Source: Dehalococcoidia bacterium (GTDB taxonomy: Bacteria; Chloroflexota; Dehalococcoidia; Lucifugimonadales; Lucifugimonadaceae). From it: 64,000 nucleotides of DNA. A model generated the notes under the pieces. The model searched no databases, was not told where the DNA came from, and saw only the letters and a program-made list of their open reading frames with translations. This document shows, one piece after another, positions 63,410-64,000 of the stretch (within the stretch, counting starts at the first letter, position 1; each line of letters starts with the position of its first letter). The stretch lies in assembly GCA_026421185.1 (NCBI GenBank), contig JAPKCH010000003.1, positions 12,375 through 76,374 on the forward strand, written 5' to 3'. Both the position numbers and the translations under genes were made by a program.

Positions 63410-64000
63410 ATGAAACCTATAGTAGTCGTGATATCTGGACCATCAGGCGTTGGAAAAGATGTCATGATCGAACGGATGATCGAATCAGGTCGACTCGGAT
63501 TTCATTTCACTGTTACAACGACCACTCGGGATCCTCGTCCGGGTGAAAAAGATGGGGTCAATCACCATTTTGTTACCGTAGACGATTTTGTTAACCTCAT
63601 AGCGGCAGATGATTTGCTCGAATGGGCTCAGGTTTACGGGAACTACTACGGAGTACCCAAGCAGCAGGTCAGAGACGCACTCAATGCAGGTACTCACGTC
63701 ATCATCAGAGTTGATGTGCAGGGCGCTAAACGCCTAAGCGAAATCATTCCTGAAGCGCTTCTCATTTTCATCACTCCGCCTTCGCTAGATGTACTGGAAA
63801 AGCATCTCAAAAACCGCGGTGTTGATTCTGAAGAGGAAATGGTCAAACGGCTTGCTGCAGCCAACGAAGAAATTAGCCAAGAGAGCCTATTCGATTTCAC
63901 GGTGATCAATGTCGAAGGCCAACTCGATCAGACCGTCAATAGTGTTGTCGCGATCATTCAGTCCGAATCACAAAGAATTCCACCTCGGAACGTGATTATC
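63410..64000 (+). CDS. gmk: guanylate kinase (3' end beyond the window)
   Basis: Translated by hand: 'MKPIVVVISGPSGVGKDV...TTTTRDPRPGEKDGVNHHFV...EWAQVYGNYYG'. The frame is open to base 64000 and the ORF is absent from the track because no stop is reached. Confidence 0.9.
   Translation, partial: MKPIVVVISGPSGVGKDVMIERMIESGRLGFHFTVTTTTRDPRPGEKDGVNHHFVTVDDFVNLIAADDLLEWAQVYGNYYGVPKQQVRDALNAGTHVIIRVDVQGAKRLSEIIPEALLIFITPPSLDVLEKHLKNRGVDSEEEMVKRLAAANEEISQESLFDFTVINVEGQLDQTVNSVVAIIQSESQRIPPRNVII

Noticed and set aside
1-64000. CRISPR arrays, transposases, integrases, prophage or defence-system genes
   Set aside because: None recognised. The only repeats are the 27-nt in-frame triplication and paralogous genes. 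I did not spot a copy of the tRNA-Thr 3' end nearby by eye.

Overview
Gene-dense chromosomal segment of a bacterial genome with about 60 CDS and one tRNA. I saw no rRNA, CRISPR array, transposase, integrase or phage genes. My taxonomic guess is a marine monoderm such as a SAR202-type Chloroflexota, and this is inference only. It rests on frequent GTG/TTG starts, a lipoprotein-type solute-binding protein with a long Thr/Glu/Val-rich tether, a PAC2 protein, and many paralogous sugar-acid enzymes.

Content in order:
- tsaC.
- Purine genes: guaA, purD-(MtnX-like HAD)-purB-purC, a DUF3105 protein, purS.
- Histidine operon hisZ-hisG-hisD-hisC-hisB (minus strand).
- An aldose/sugar-acid oxidation island: amidohydrolase_2, aldo/keto reductase (AKR), mutarotase-like protein, Zn-ADH, enolase-superfamily enzyme, second mutarotase-like paralog.
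- A CheY-like receiver and an EamA transporter.
- A thrC-NIL-MoaD/ThiS module flanked on both sides by decayed gene fragments.
- alaS-ruvX-aroE and aroC-aroK-aroB (minus strand).
- MscS, a Zn-ribbon plus unknown gene pair, thiolase, RNase D.
- A 0.7-kb AT-rich non-coding gap.
- A C45 acyltransferase-like protein.
- A second sugar-acid module: IlvD/Edd dehydratase, AKR, tartrate-dehydrogenase-like enzyme, HIBADH-like enzyme.
- An Opp/Dpp-type ABC importer with no ATPase genes.
- A seven-gene corrinoid methyltransferase cluster bracketed by two 2-hydroxyacid dehydrogenases.
- tRNA-Thr(CGU), a PEBP protein, PAC2 plus an acidic-tail protein, and tyrA-aroA-gmk (gmk runs off the window).

Most interesting candidates:
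1. The corrinoid cluster at 50.6-56.6 kb. It looks like a split MetH-like methionine synthase. The folate (pterin-binding) module is replaced by a UroD/MtaA-type methyltransferase, and the SAM-dependent reactivation domain by a RACo-type ATP-dependent activator. Three proteins of unknown role are embedded in it.
2. The thrC-NIL-MoaD(GG-Ile-Ala) module at 22.1-24.0 kb. It is a candidate protein-thiocarboxylate-dependent homocysteine synthase.
3. A HisRS-length HisZ translationally coupled to a long-form HisG.

All functional calls come from motif recognition by eye. No database search was run.
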